Of a stretch of 64,000 bases of DNA, positions 28,716 to 38,855 are shown piece after piece. Under the pieces are notes generated by a model. That model did not search any database. It had not been told where the DNA came from and worked only from the letters and a program-made list of their open reading frames with translations. How positions within the stretch are numbered: the first letter of the stretch is position 1; each line of letters starts with the position of its first letter. The position numbers and the translations under genes were made by a program. The DNA is from Candidatus Poribacteria bacterium (GTDB lineage: Bacteria; Poribacteria; WGA-4E; WGA-3G), in assembly GCA_965242965.1 (NCBI GenBank), contig OZ251518.1, forward strand, positions 2,080,001-2,144,000, in the 5' to 3' direction.

Positions 28716-31418
28716 TTAGCGGCCGCAACACCGCTTATATTTTTTGCCGCTACCACACGGACACGGCGCGTTCCTGCCGATTTTCGGTGTCGTCCCCATC
28801 GCCTGTTGCGATGCGAACTCGGCAGCACCCGGGTCAGCCGCCGAGTTTTGTTTGCGCATCGGCCGACGCGGCCTGCCGCCGGGCCTGCCAGAACGTCTCG
28901 CGGGCGCGCGCCGCGGTGCCTCCGTGTTGACACGCGACTTGAAGATGAATTCGCTCACTTCTTCCTCAATGTGCTGATACATACTCTCAAACACACCGAG
29001 TGCCTCGTTTTTGAAGACGACAATCGGGTCCTTCCCACCATAGCCCGCGCCAAAACGGATGCCTTCTTCAATGTAGTCAATGTTGTAGAGATGGTCCTTC
29101 CAGTGATTATCGATTCGATCCAAGAGGAGCAGGCGTTCCAAGAGCCGCATCGTTTCAGGGCCCATTTCCACCTCGCGTGCTTCATAAACAGCGCGCAGTG
29201 CATCCAATGCCTGCGCTTGGATATCGTCCAAATCTGTCTGTGCCAACGGGGTTTTCCACGTAACCTGAACAGGGAAGGTGGTGGTTAACCACTGCTCAAA
29301 TCTATCCGGGGTTTCAAGCGTCGGGCCGCCTTTTTCCGGCAGGTTTTCGTCAATGCTGTTGGCGACAACTCGTTCTATCATCCCCCAGATAGTTGATTTC
29401 AGGTCATCGCCGCTGAGGATGGTATCGCGCAAGGTGTAAATTGTATCGCGCTGTGAGTCCATGACATCGTCAAACTTGAGCAGATTTTTGCGAATTTCAA
29501 AGTGCATCTGCTCCACGCGCGTCTGCGCCTTCTCAATGGATTTAGTCACCCAGGGGTGTTCAAGTGGGACATCTTCGTCCATGCCGACGCGCGTCATCAA
29601 TCCCTGCAACCGTTCGGAGCCGAACTTCCGCATCAACTCGTCTTCAAGCGAGAGATAGAAGCGCGATGAACCCGGGTCCCCCTGTCTGCCAGAGCGTCCG
29701 CGCAGCTGGTTATCAATGCGGCGCGACTCATGCCGCTCCGTGCCGATGATATGCAGTCCGCCCGCGGTAAGCACCTTTTCCCGGTTTGCCTCACAAATCG
29801 CTTCTGCTTCCGCGAGCGCAGCTTGGAATTTTTCTGCCTCCGGCGGCAATGTGTCAACCTTCACCTTCTGCTTCCGCAACATCTCCATGGCGAGGCCCTC
29901 AGGGTTACCGCCAAGGAGGATATCCACCCCGCGTCCTGCCATATTCGTTGCGATAGTAACGGCACCGGGCACCCCCGCCTGCGCGATGATATCCGCTTCA
30001 CGCGCGTGCTCCTTCGCATTCAGCACCTGATGTTTAATGTCACGGCGTTTCGTGCGGAGCATTTTGCTCAATTTTTCGGAGTTCTCAATCGAAATTGTGC
30101 CGACGAGGATAGGACGCCCCTTCTCGTGCTGTTCAATAATATCTTGCAACACAGCGTCGTATTTCGCCGACTCGGTTTTGTAAATCTGGTCTGCGTTATC
30201 TTCCCGGATCATCGGTTCGTTGGTGGGAATGACGGCGACTTCAAGTTTATAGATATGCGCGAATTCATTCGCCTCTGTCGCCGCAGTGCCTGTCATTCCC
30301 GCCAATTTGTCATACAGGCGGAAATAATTCTGATAGGTAATTTTCGCGCCGGTTTGGCTTTCCTGCACGACGCGCACGCGCTCCTTCGCTTCAATCGCTT
30401 GATGGAGCCCCTCGCTGAGCCGCCTGCCGATCTGCTTCCTGCCGGTGAATTCATCAACGAGGAGAACTTCGCCGTGCTCGACGAGGTAGTCCACGTCGCG
30501 TTTGTAGAGCTGATGCGCGGTGAGGGATTGATTGACGTGATGGACGAGCGCAAGGTTGGTATGCTCATAGAGGTTGTCCAATCCGAGGCGGCGTTGCACC
30601 TCTTCAACGCCTTCGTCCGTAAGCGTCGCACTGCCGCGCGTCTTTCCCTGCTGGTCGATCTGGAAATGGGTATCTTTGACTAGCACGGCAACAACGGTGT
30701 TAATTTGCTTGTAGAGTTCCGGTGGTTCTCCGGAGGGTTCGGAGATGATGAGCGGCGTGCGCGCCTCGTCAATGAGGATGCTATCCACTTCGTCAAGGAT
30801 GCAATAGACATGCCCGCGCTGCACCTTCGTGTCAAAGGAGGTGGCCTTGTTATCCCAGAGATAATCAAACCCGAATTCGCTGTGAACGCCGTAGGTGATG
30901 TCCGCCTTGTAGCCGAGCATTTTCTGTTCGTGCGGCATTTGGCTCAGGGTGAGTCCGACAGTGAGCCCGAGGAAGTTGTAAATTTTCCCCATCCACTCGG
31001 CATCACGTCGGGCAAGATAGTCGTTCACGGTGGCGAGATGCACACCTCTCCCGTTCAACGCGTTCAGGTAAACAGGCAGTGTGGAGGTGAGAGTTTTTCC
31101 TTCGCCGGTGCGCATTTCGGCGATTTGGCCCCGGTGGAGCGCGATGCCGCCCATGAGTTGCACATCGTAGTGCCGCTGTTTCAACGTCCGCATCGCCGCT
31201 TCGCGAACGACAGCGTAGGCATCCGGTAACAGTTCGTCAAGCGATGCGCCGGCATCCAACTGTTGACGAAATTCGGGTGTTTTGGCTTGGAGTTGCGCAT
31301 CTGTCAGTTTCTTAATTTCCGGCTCGCGCTGGTTTATCGCCTCAACAAGGGCGCGGAAGCGTTTGACATCCCTGTCCTCCTTGCTGCCGAAAACCTTGGT
31401 TAGGTATTTTTGAAACAT
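28716..31418 (-). CDS. secA: Preprotein translocase SecA
   Basis: GEGKT, DEVDSILIDEARTPLII, GRSGRQGDPG, C-terminal CPCGSGKKYKRCC. Confidence 0.99.
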   Translation of the reverse strand: MFQKYLTKVFGSKEDRDVKRFRALVEAINQREPEIKKLTDAQLQAKTPEFRQQLDAGASLDELLPDAYAVVREAAMRTLKQRHYDVQLMGGIALHRGQIAEMRTGEGKTLTSTLPVYLNALNGRGVHLATVNDYLARRDAEWMGKIYNFLGLTVGLTLSQMPHEQKMLGYKADITYGVHSEFGFDYLWDNKATSFDTKVQRGHVYCILDEVDSILIDEARTPLIISEPSGEPPELYKQINTVVAVLVKDTHFQIDQQGKTRGSATLTDEGVEEVQRRLGLDNLYEHTNLALVHHVNQSLTAHQLYKRDVDYLVEHGEVLLVDEFTGRKQIGRRLSEGLHQAIEAKERVRVVQESQTGAKITYQNYFRLYDKLAGMTGTAATEANEFAHIYKLEVAVIPTNEPMIREDNADQIYKTESAKYDAVLQDIIEQHEKGRPILVGTISIENSEKLSKMLRTKRRDIKHQVLNAKEHAREADIIAQAGVPGAVTIATNMAGRGVDILLGGNPEGLAMEMLRKQKVKVDTLPPEAEKFQAALAEAEAICEANREKVLTAGGLHIIGTERHESRRIDNQLRGRSGRQGDPGSSRFYLSLEDELMRKFGSERLQGLMTRVGMDEDVPLEHPWVTKSIEKAQTRVEQMHFEIRKNLLKFDDVMDSQRDTIYTLRDTILSGDDLKSTIWGMIERVVANSIDENLPEKGGPTLETPDRFEQWLTTTFPVQVTWKTPLAQTDLDDIQAQALDALRAVYEAREVEMGPETMRLLERLLLLDRIDNHWKDHLYNIDYIEEGIRFGAGYGGKDPIVVFKNEALGVFESMYQHIEEEVSEFIFKSRVNTEAPRRAPARRSGRPGGRPRRPMRKQNSAADPGAAEFASQQAMGTTPKIGRNAPCPCGSGKKYKRCCGR

Positions 31419-31466
31419 GTTCCCTCCGATTTTTGTTAGGTAACCTGTCTGTCCTTTATCTGTCCT

Positions 31467-32519
31467 TTATCTGTCTCTGGGCGGTGCTAACATATTCTGT
31501 TCATCAATTCTCTTCCGCAAAAGGGTGTAAATCAGTGTGTTTCCCGCGGAAGCGATGGAGAACAAGAACGCGAGAATCAGGCAGACAATGCCTATCACCC
31601 CGAGGGTAAAGCAGACAGTTGTCGCCGTAATCCAGAAATCATCTCCGCCGCTCGGTAGTGTTGTCGGGAAGAAGAGAATCCCCCCGAGCCAATCATCCGC
31701 TGTAGCAGGCACGGATGCCATCTCCGTTGAGTGCAGATACCCAATCGGTAATAGGACGATTGCAACGCCGCAGCAGCAGAAAAATCCCCATATCGGCACG
31801 AAGATGAGTTTGAGCAGGAACAAAAGCAGTTCATACAGCACCATCCGCCACAGTTGATGCCAGACAATTGCAAACTGCTGGTAAATTGTCTCAAACGCGT
31901 CTGCGCCTGTCGTGGCGACGACAGCAGGCACAAAGAGCAAACTCGCGATGAAAACGATGCAGATGAACGCCATCAGCAAGCCGAGGAAAAAGCCGAACGG
32001 CATCAACACCGCCGCAAGCGTGAGAATCGGTTTGCCGACTACCGGGATTTTTGCGAGTGCGGCGATGCTGAGCGGTATCAACGCCAGAAAGCAGAAAATG
32101 AAGATGAGTCCGATGAACGCGCCGAAAACGGTTTTCCAACGTGCAGTGACAAACTTCGCGGCATCCCCCACCGAAAAGAAGTAGTCGCCTCGGAGCTGCT
32201 CAATCGTAATTTTAGAAGCAATCGTGCTTGCGAGAAAGAAGATGCCCGCGAAGCACACCACGCCTATCCACATTGCCACCCGCGTCGGGTTCGTCAGTCC
32301 TTCGTCAAGGAAAGGCGTGACAGGGTTGAGGGCGTGTGCGCGCCAGAACGCTTGCACCGCATCCTGTCCTCCCTGAATAAACAGACTGATATATACTAAA
32401 GTTTCGTAGAGCCCATAAGCGAGGACAATCCCGGCGAAATGGACAGCGATTTTTCGTCCGCTGAATCCGTAGCGGATAGTTCGGAAAATATCCCGATAGT
32501 TAAAGTGGAGTTGTTCCAT
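31467..32519 (-). CDS. Hypothetical multi-pass membrane protein
   Basis: Long hydrophobic ORF with ~6-7 TM segments; TTGACA/TATAAT promoter at ~32572-32600; alternative start 32552. Confidence 0.75.
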   Translation of the reverse strand: MEQLHFNYRDIFRTIRYGFSGRKIAVHFAGIVLAYGLYETLVYISLFIQGGQDAVQAFWRAHALNPVTPFLDEGLTNPTRVAMWIGVVCFAGIFFLASTIASKITIEQLRGDYFFSVGDAAKFVTARWKTVFGAFIGLIFIFCFLALIPLSIAALAKIPVVGKPILTLAAVLMPFGFFLGLLMAFICIVFIASLLFVPAVVATTGADAFETIYQQFAIVWHQLWRMVLYELLLFLLKLIFVPIWGFFCCCGVAIVLLPIGYLHSTEMASVPATADDWLGGILFFPTTLPSGGDDFWITATTVCFTLGVIGIVCLILAFLFSIASAGNTLIYTLLRKRIDEQNMLAPPRDR

Positions 32520-32699
32520 GAGTTTCGTCTTTTTCGTCGTCTTTTTTCTCATCGTGCAGAATGCTGCTTTAATTATACCACAATTTACAATATCTGTCAA
32601 ATTTTTCTCAGCACCGCTTTCGTTTTCGATTTTCAGTCTTCAATTGTCATCTATCCACCGCGATGCAAAGCGAATGGACAACTATAGAAATCTATTCTT

Positions 32700-33126
32700 C
32701 CATGTAGGCGAGACCTCCCGGTCTCGATGCGAGCGATGTCCCCGTAGGCGCGCCCTCCTGGTCTCGATGTTTCGTTCGTATCGGGACAAGGATGTCCCTC
32801 CTACCGGAAGGCGGCGCGCCCTCCCGGTCTCGATGCAAGCGATGTTCCCGGTAGGAGAGACCTCCCGGTCTCGATGTGGTTCATATCGGGACAAGGATGT
32901 CCCGCCTACCGGAAGGCACCGGGCCCACCGCTGTAGTTCGGGAGCGCCCGCTCCCGAACGGGTCAGGAGCAGGCGAGCTCGAACTACAGGGGTGACGCGG
33001 TCTGCCAGCAAGATGCATGGCGAGGAACAGGTTTTCCCACCGCCCTACGGTAAAGGGAGGCGTTTTTTTCACCGTATCGCGGAGGCCTGTCACCGCGCCG
33101 TTGCGTGATTTATGAAACACCTTCAA
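32700..33126. repeat. REP mosaic ending in tatgaaacaccttca
   Basis: Includes atcgggacaaggatgtcccNcctac twice and GTAGGAGAGACC variants. Confidence 0.85.
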
Positions 33127-33145
33127 TTTTAATTTGATTTTTAAT

Positions 33146-33174
33146 TTGACATTCGGTTAATTTTGTGGTATAAT
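33146..33174 (+). promoter_or_regulatory. Perfect-consensus sigma70 promoter
   Basis: TTGACA-17-TATAAT with TGn. Confidence 0.85.
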
Positions 33175-33196
33175 TAAAGATAAACCGATTTGTAAA

Positions 33197-33270
33197 CGGG
33201 GCGTGGCGCAGCCCGGAAGCGCGCTTGAATGGGGTTCAAGAGGTCGCTGGTTCGAATCCAGTCGCCCCGA
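33197..33270 (+). tRNA. tRNA-Pro(GGG)
   Basis: CGGGGCG/CGCCCCG acceptor, CTTGA-atGGGgt-TCAAG anticodon arm, GGTTCGAATCC; CCA not encoded. Confidence 0.97.
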
Positions 33271-33396
33271 TTTCTAACGTTTGCATGTCTCAGAAATTCC
33301 GGTGCAGCATGATGTCTTAAGACTGGCGCAGAACGCATGCCTACGGGCACGTGTAGGTTTTGCGTCCGTATAGGAGCGGTTGTGGATAAACCTTGT

Positions 33397-34707
33397 ATGA
33401 TTAATGTAGGCATTTTAGGGTGGGGCACTGTCGGCACGGGTGTCTCCAAAATCCTCGTGAACCAGAATGCGCTCATCGCGAAAAATAGCGGTACGCAATT
33501 ATGCCTGAAAAAAATCGTGAAACGGACGCTCCCCGCCTCGCGGCCAGGGGTGACGCTGCCCGCGGACTGTTTAACGACAGACCCGAGTGAGGTAGTGGAT
33601 AATCCGGATATCGCCATCGTCGTGGAGCTTATCGGCGGTGTTTCCGAGTCGCGCGCGCTCATCAGCCGCGCGCTGCAAAACGGGAAGCATGTCGTCACGG
33701 CGAATAAGGCACTCTTAGCGGAACACGGTGAAGAACTGTTTCAACTCGCTGCGCAAAATCAGGTGAGCCTCAATTTTGAAGCGAGCACAGCGGGGGGCAT
33801 TCCGATTATCAAAACGCTGCAAGAAAGCTTCGCCGGCAACCAGATCCGTTCGCTTTACGGTATCGTCAACGGCACGTGTAACTACATACTGAGCGAAATG
33901 CACGAGCGCGCGGTAGACTTCGCCGATGTGCTGAAGGCGGCGCAAGACAAAGGCTACGCCGAGGCAGATCCGACGCTTGACGTTGAGGGAATTGATGCGG
34001 CGCAGAAACTGATTCTGCTCATCGCGCTCGCCTATCGGAGCAATATCTCGTTGGAGCATCTCCACGTTGAGGGCATCACGGGCATTACGCAGAAAGAGAT
34101 TCAGTATGCGCGTGAGCTTGGCTACGTCATCAAACTTATCGCCATTGCGAAGTTAATCGATGGGAATCGCGTCGAGGCGCGCGTGCATCCGACGCTCCTG
34201 CCAGAACGGAGTCTCTTGGCGAACGTCGGCGGCGCGTTCAATGCAGTTTGTGTCATCGGCGATGCAGTCGGCCCGACGCTCTTCTACGGACAAGGTGCCG
34301 GCGAGATGCCGACTGCCAGCGCGGTTGTCGCCGATATTATTGACGCGGCGAAATCGGTGCAACAGGGTGTCAGCTCGCCGCTTTCTCAAGCGTGGGTTGC
34401 CGATGCACAGCCGGAAGTCTCTGTCTGTCCGATTGACGACATTGAGACGCGATACTACCTCCGTTTTGTCGTGGCAGACCGGCCGGGTGTCTTAGCAAAA
34501 ATCGGCACTATCTTGGGGAATTGCGACATCAGCATCGCTTCTGTCATCCAGAAGGAACCGCACGGCATTGATACCGTGTCCCTCGTGATGTTGACGCACA
34601 CGGCGCGGGAAAAAAATATGAAAGCCGCGCTGGCGCAGATTTACACGCTTGAGGACGTTGAAGGCAACGCGCACCTCATCAGGATTGAAGAAGAAGTCGC
34701 GTTTTGA
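33397..34707 (+). CDS. hom: Homoserine dehydrogenase with ACT domain
   Basis: GWGTVGTG, VVTANKA, GIVNGTCNYIL, GYAEADP, GQGAG..PTASAV motifs. Confidence 0.97.
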   Translation: MINVGILGWGTVGTGVSKILVNQNALIAKNSGTQLCLKKIVKRTLPASRPGVTLPADCLTTDPSEVVDNPDIAIVVELIGGVSESRALISRALQNGKHVVTANKALLAEHGEELFQLAAQNQVSLNFEASTAGGIPIIKTLQESFAGNQIRSLYGIVNGTCNYILSEMHERAVDFADVLKAAQDKGYAEADPTLDVEGIDAAQKLILLIALAYRSNISLEHLHVEGITGITQKEIQYARELGYVIKLIAIAKLIDGNRVEARVHPTLLPERSLLANVGGAFNAVCVIGDAVGPTLFYGQGAGEMPTASAVVADIIDAAKSVQQGVSSPLSQAWVADAQPEVSVCPIDDIETRYYLRFVVADRPGVLAKIGTILGNCDISIASVIQKEPHGIDTVSLVMLTHTAREKNMKAALAQIYTLEDVEGNAHLIRIEEEVAF

Positions 34708-34728
34708 GCAATCGGAGACGCAAGGCAA

Positions 34729-35286
34729 ATGAGAGACACGTTAGTATTTGACGTTAAGGAGCTGCAACACGAGGATGTCAAAGTTTACAAAGCACTCGTG
34801 CCGTGCGAAGCACTCGAACTTGCCTTTGACGACGCGCAATTTAGTCGTCCTATTGCATGCGCAGTTCAGCTGCATCGGCAAGAGCACGCCAACTTCTACG
34901 TGACAGCAGACGTATCCTCGGCGATTTCAGTGCAATGCCGGCGATGCCTCAATCCGTTCGAGGTTGCGGCGGCTACCGAACTCGGCGTGCTATTCTGCCT
35001 CGGCGAAGAACCGAAAGATGCCGCCTTCAGTGATGAACGTTACTACGACGGCGACACGCTGGATTTGTCTGAAGAGGTGCGGCAGGCACTCTTGCTTGAA
35101 GTCCCGATTTGGCCCCTGTGTGACAGCGACTGCCAAGGGCTATGTGCTCAGTGTGGGGCAGACCTGAACGAAAGAACTTGTGACTGCGAGATGGCAGAAG
35201 AACTGCCGGCCGCGGCGGCGCGGAACCCGTTTTCTGTCCTCGCACAGATGCTACCGGATACCGACGCGGCATCCAATAAAGATTAA
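34729..35286 (+). CDS. DUF177/YceD family protein
   Basis: CRRCL, LCDSDCQGLCAQCG; lies upstream of rpmF. Confidence 0.92.
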   Translation: MRDTLVFDVKELQHEDVKVYKALVPCEALELAFDDAQFSRPIACAVQLHRQEHANFYVTADVSSAISVQCRRCLNPFEVAAATELGVLFCLGEEPKDAAFSDERYYDGDTLDLSEEVRQALLLEVPIWPLCDSDCQGLCAQCGADLNERTCDCEMAEELPAAAARNPFSVLAQMLPDTDAASNKD

Positions 35287-35342
35287 CCGGCAGGACAGAA
35301 TTTATGTCAAGTCTGTGCTGCTAACTGTCAGGAGGAACTCTC

Positions 35343-35528
35343 ATGGCGCACCCCAAACGGAGAACGTCACGTTCCAAGAAAAAAATGCGGAGAAGCCACC
35401 ACGCGCTTTCCGAGAAAACTGTCATCGTTTGTTCATACTGTGGAGAAATGATGATTTCCCATCGTGTGTGTCCCGAGTGTGGCTATTACAACGGGATACC
35501 CGTGCTAAAATCCGCTGAAGATGACTAA
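35343..35528 (+). CDS. rpmF: 50S ribosomal protein L32
   Basis: MAHPKRRTSRSKKKMRRSH..C..C..HRVCPECGYY. Confidence 0.97.
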   Translation: MAHPKRRTSRSKKKMRRSHHALSEKTVIVCSYCGEMMISHRVCPECGYYNGIPVLKSAEDD

Positions 35529-35598
35529 CCCCGGTTCGGAGTTAGGCGACGCGCAATGCACACTTCGCCCAACTCGCCGGCCTGGAAACTACGAATTC

Positions 35599-36600
35599 AT
35601 GGCCACACAAAGAACGCGATACGCAACAATTACTGGCACGGGTGCCTACCTTCCTGAAAAGGTCATCACTAATGCAGACCTCGAGAAGATGGTGGATACC
35701 AGTGACGAGTGGATTCGTCAGCGCACGGGCATCGTGGAGCGACGCATCGCTGATGACGATACCGCCACTTCTGACCTCAGTATCCGCGCCGCGCGCCGTG
35801 CAATCGAGCACGCGCAAATCGATCCGGTTGACATTGAGATGATCCTCGTTGCTACCGTAACACCCGACTCCTTTTTCCCTTCAACCGCGTGCTACGTCCA
35901 AAAAGGCATCGGGGCGAAAAACGCTTCGGCCATGGATGTGTCCGCCGCCTGCGCTGGGTTCCTCTATGGACTTGACTTGGCGGACGGCTTGATTAAATCG
36001 GGACGTTATGATACTATTCTTGTCGTCGGCGGTGAAGTTTTCAATAACATCATCAATTGGAAGGATAGAAGCACGTGCGTGCTTTTCGGCGATGGCGCGG
36101 GCGCGGCGGTTGTTCAAGCTACCGAAGAACCGAAGGGCATCCTCGCCTCTTACATCGGTTCCGATGGGGATTATGCCGATATTAACCTACTCGGCATCCC
36201 GGCGGGTGGTTCACGGATGCCGTTGACACCTGAAGGCATCGAGCGGAAGTTGGACAAGATCCAGATGAACGGCAGGGAAGTCTTCAAACTCGGGGTGCGG
36301 CTCATGCCGGAAGCGGCGCAACGCGTGCTGCGGAAAGCGAACGTCAGCGTGGAGGATATCGACTTGCTGATACCGCATCAAGCGAACCTGCGTATCATTG
36401 AAGCAGTTGGTGACAGACTCGGCGTGCCGCGCGAGAAGGTGTATGTCAACGTTGACAAATACGGCAACACCTCCGCGGCGACGGTTATCATCGCATTGGA
36501 CGAAGCAATTCGCGAGGGATGCGCGAAACCGGGCGATCTGGTCCTGCTCGTAACCTTTGGGGCAGGTGTGACATGGGGCAGCACACTCCTGCAGTTGTAA
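35599..36600 (+). CDS. fabH: 3-oxoacyl-ACP synthase III
   Basis: AACAGF, FGDGAGA, PHQAN, GNTSAA motifs. Confidence 0.97.
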   Translation: MATQRTRYATITGTGAYLPEKVITNADLEKMVDTSDEWIRQRTGIVERRIADDDTATSDLSIRAARRAIEHAQIDPVDIEMILVATVTPDSFFPSTACYVQKGIGAKNASAMDVSAACAGFLYGLDLADGLIKSGRYDTILVVGGEVFNNIINWKDRSTCVLFGDGAGAAVVQATEEPKGILASYIGSDGDYADINLLGIPAGGSRMPLTPEGIERKLDKIQMNGREVFKLGVRLMPEAAQRVLRKANVSVEDIDLLIPHQANLRIIEAVGDRLGVPREKVYVNVDKYGNTSAATVIIALDEAIREGCAKPGDLVLLVTFGAGVTWGSTLLQL

Positions 36601-36607
36601 AGAAAAC

Positions 36608-37564
36608 ATGACGCAAATCGCCTTTATTTTTCCAGGGCAAGGTTCACAACAAGTAGGCATGGGCGCGGAACTCGCGCGAGAATACCCGATTGCCCGCGCC
36701 GTTTTCAATGAAGCAGATGCTGCAGATGCTGCAGTAAGCGCAACCTCCCGGACGCGAAAACTCAGCACCCTCTGCTTCCAAGGCCCAGCGGAAGCGTTAA
36801 AGCAGACAGAAAATACGCAACTTGCGATGTTGACATGCAGCGTCGCCGCGTTGCGCGTCCTGAATCACCTTGACGTTGTGCCCAAGGCAGTCGCAGGACA
36901 TAGTTTAGGCGAGTATGCCGCCTTAGTCGCCGCTGGCACACTTGACTTTTCCGATGCCCTGACGTTAGTGCGCGCGCGGGCACAAGCGATGGCCGCCGCT
37001 GGCGAAAAGCAGCAAGGCACCATGGCCGCTATCCTCGGTATGGCAGCGGAACGCCTGCAGCAGTTGTGTCAGGAAACTGAAGGTATCGTCAACATCGCCA
37101 ACTACAACTGCCCCGGGCAATTGGTAATTTCAGGCGAGGTTGAGGCAGTGAATCGTGTTATGGCACTCGCCGGTGCCGAGATTGGCGCGAGACGGTGTCG
37201 TCCGCTGCCGGTGAGCGGCGCGTTTCATTCGCCGCTGATGGAACCCGCGCAACAGCAGTTCGGGACCGTGCTTAAAGGTGTAAAGCTGCATCCGCCGAAA
37301 CGAGATGTCGCGATGAACGTGACAGGCGAATTCGCAGCGGATGCCGGGGAAATCCAGCGGCTTCTGTATCAGCAGATAACGGCACCGGTGCAGTGGGAGA
37401 AATCGCTGCAGACGCTTGCAACCTCGGGCATCTCACATTTTGTGGAGGCTGGCCCGGGGAAAGTCTTGTGCGGTTTGGTGAATCGCACGCTGCACGGAAG
37501 TGTTGCAGTGAACGTTGAAGATGTGAAAAGCCTCGCGGATGCACTGCAAAAGATTCAGGAATAA
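36608..37564 (+). CDS. fabD: Malonyl-CoA:ACP transacylase
   Basis: FPGQGSQ, GHSLGE, VSGAFHS motifs. Confidence 0.97.
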   Translation: MTQIAFIFPGQGSQQVGMGAELAREYPIARAVFNEADAADAAVSATSRTRKLSTLCFQGPAEALKQTENTQLAMLTCSVAALRVLNHLDVVPKAVAGHSLGEYAALVAAGTLDFSDALTLVRARAQAMAAAGEKQQGTMAAILGMAAERLQQLCQETEGIVNIANYNCPGQLVISGEVEAVNRVMALAGAEIGARRCRPLPVSGAFHSPLMEPAQQQFGTVLKGVKLHPPKRDVAMNVTGEFAADAGEIQRLLYQQITAPVQWEKSLQTLATSGISHFVEAGPGKVLCGLVNRTLHGSVAVNVEDVKSLADALQKIQE

Positions 37565-37570
37565 ACAAAA

Positions 37571-38308
37571 ATGTTGACAGGAAAAACCGCAATTGTGACA
37601 GGTGCCTCGCGCGGTATCGGTGCCGCCATCGCAAGCAAATTGTGTGAAGCCGGTGCGAACGTTGCCCTCTGCTCACGTTCCGCCGAAGCCGTCGCCGCCA
37701 CCGCCGACACCTTGAATAGCGAGGGATACACGGCTATCTCTACCGCCGCGGACATCTCCAAAAAGGGAGATGTAGAGGCACTTATCAAAACGGTGCTGGA
37801 CAGGTTTTCGCAAATCGATATTCTCGTAAACAACGCCGGTATCACCCGCGATACGCTGCTCATGCGCATGCAAGATGAGGATTGGGATGCAGTCCTGCAG
37901 ACGAACCTCACCGGCACGATGTATTGCACGCGTGCGGTGATGCGTCCGATGCTTCGCCAGAGAAGCGGCCGGATTATCAACATTTCGTCCGTTATTGGTG
38001 TCATGGGCAATCCCGGACAGGCGAGTTACGCCGCCGCGAAGGCGGGTATCATCGGGTTCACAAAGACTATCGCCCGAGAAGTAGGGGTGCGCGGGATTAC
38101 CGTTAACGCTATCGCCCCCGGCTTTATTACTACCGACATGACGGCGCAAATGCCGAAACAGAATCAGGAGCAACTGCGGGATTTGATTCCGTTGCGGCGT
38201 TTTGGTAGCCCCGAAGATGTGGCAGATGCTGTCCATTTTTTGGCATCTGATGCCGCACGTTATATCACCGGCCAAACCCTCCATGTGGACGGCGGCATGG
38301 TGATGTGA
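37571..38308 (+). CDS. fabG: 3-oxoacyl-ACP reductase
   Basis: TGASRGIG, NNAGITRD, YAAAK motifs. Confidence 0.97.
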   Translation: MLTGKTAIVTGASRGIGAAIASKLCEAGANVALCSRSAEAVAATADTLNSEGYTAISTAADISKKGDVEALIKTVLDRFSQIDILVNNAGITRDTLLMRMQDEDWDAVLQTNLTGTMYCTRAVMRPMLRQRSGRIINISSVIGVMGNPGQASYAAAKAGIIGFTKTIAREVGVRGITVNAIAPGFITTDMTAQMPKQNQEQLRDLIPLRRFGSPEDVADAVHFLASDAARYITGQTLHVDGGMVM

Positions 38309-38418
38309 TTGAAGAATAATCCGTGGGCGTGCGTTGGAAGCGTGCCTACCGGAAAACAACGCGGGACCGCCCGGTCCCGACAGTATTCATAAATAAGAGA
38401 GGAGATTCATAACCGATT

Positions 38419-38652
38419 ATGGCAGCAAATCAGGAACGCCTTATTGAAATTATCGCGGAACAACTCGGTGCTGATAAGGCTAATGTCACCCCAGATGCTT
38501 CCTTTATGGCTGACCTCGGGGCAGACTCGCTTGACACCGTGGAGCTGGTGATGGCACTGGAAGAGGAATTCGATCTTGAAATTCCCGACAGCGAAGCCGA
38601 GAAAATCCAGACTGTTCAAGACGCACTCACTTATCTTGAGGAACATGTGTAG
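38419..38652 (+). CDS. acpP: Acyl carrier protein
   Basis: [20 protein letters not shown]. Confidence 0.98.
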   Translation: MAANQERLIEIIAEQLGADKANVTPDASFMADLGADSLDTVELVMALEEEFDLEIPDSEAEKIQTVQDALTYLEEHV

Positions 38653-38855
38653 TGCCCCGAAGGGGCATCGCCGCATGTTGGAACCCTCTGTGGGGAAGTC
38701 GTTTGATGTTAAGATGGACGCAAACCTTTTTGTCCGGGCCGCCGGATGCGTGCCGCGTCCGCTTAACGCTGAACCCCACATGAACCTAATGTCGTGTGGG
38801 AGCACCGGCTCCCGCACTCGCCTGCCAAAGCGCAGCTTTCCAAAGGATCCGGCTC

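Noticed and set aside
29730-30683. Long antisense ORFs (opposite secA, dnaJ, sucD, the RM gene and others)
   Set aside because: These are shadow frames of GC-rich genes with no independent evidence.
31449-31476. Short ctgtcctttat tandem between the membrane gene and secA
   Set aside because: About 2.5 copies of 11 bp at a gene end, with no evidence of function.
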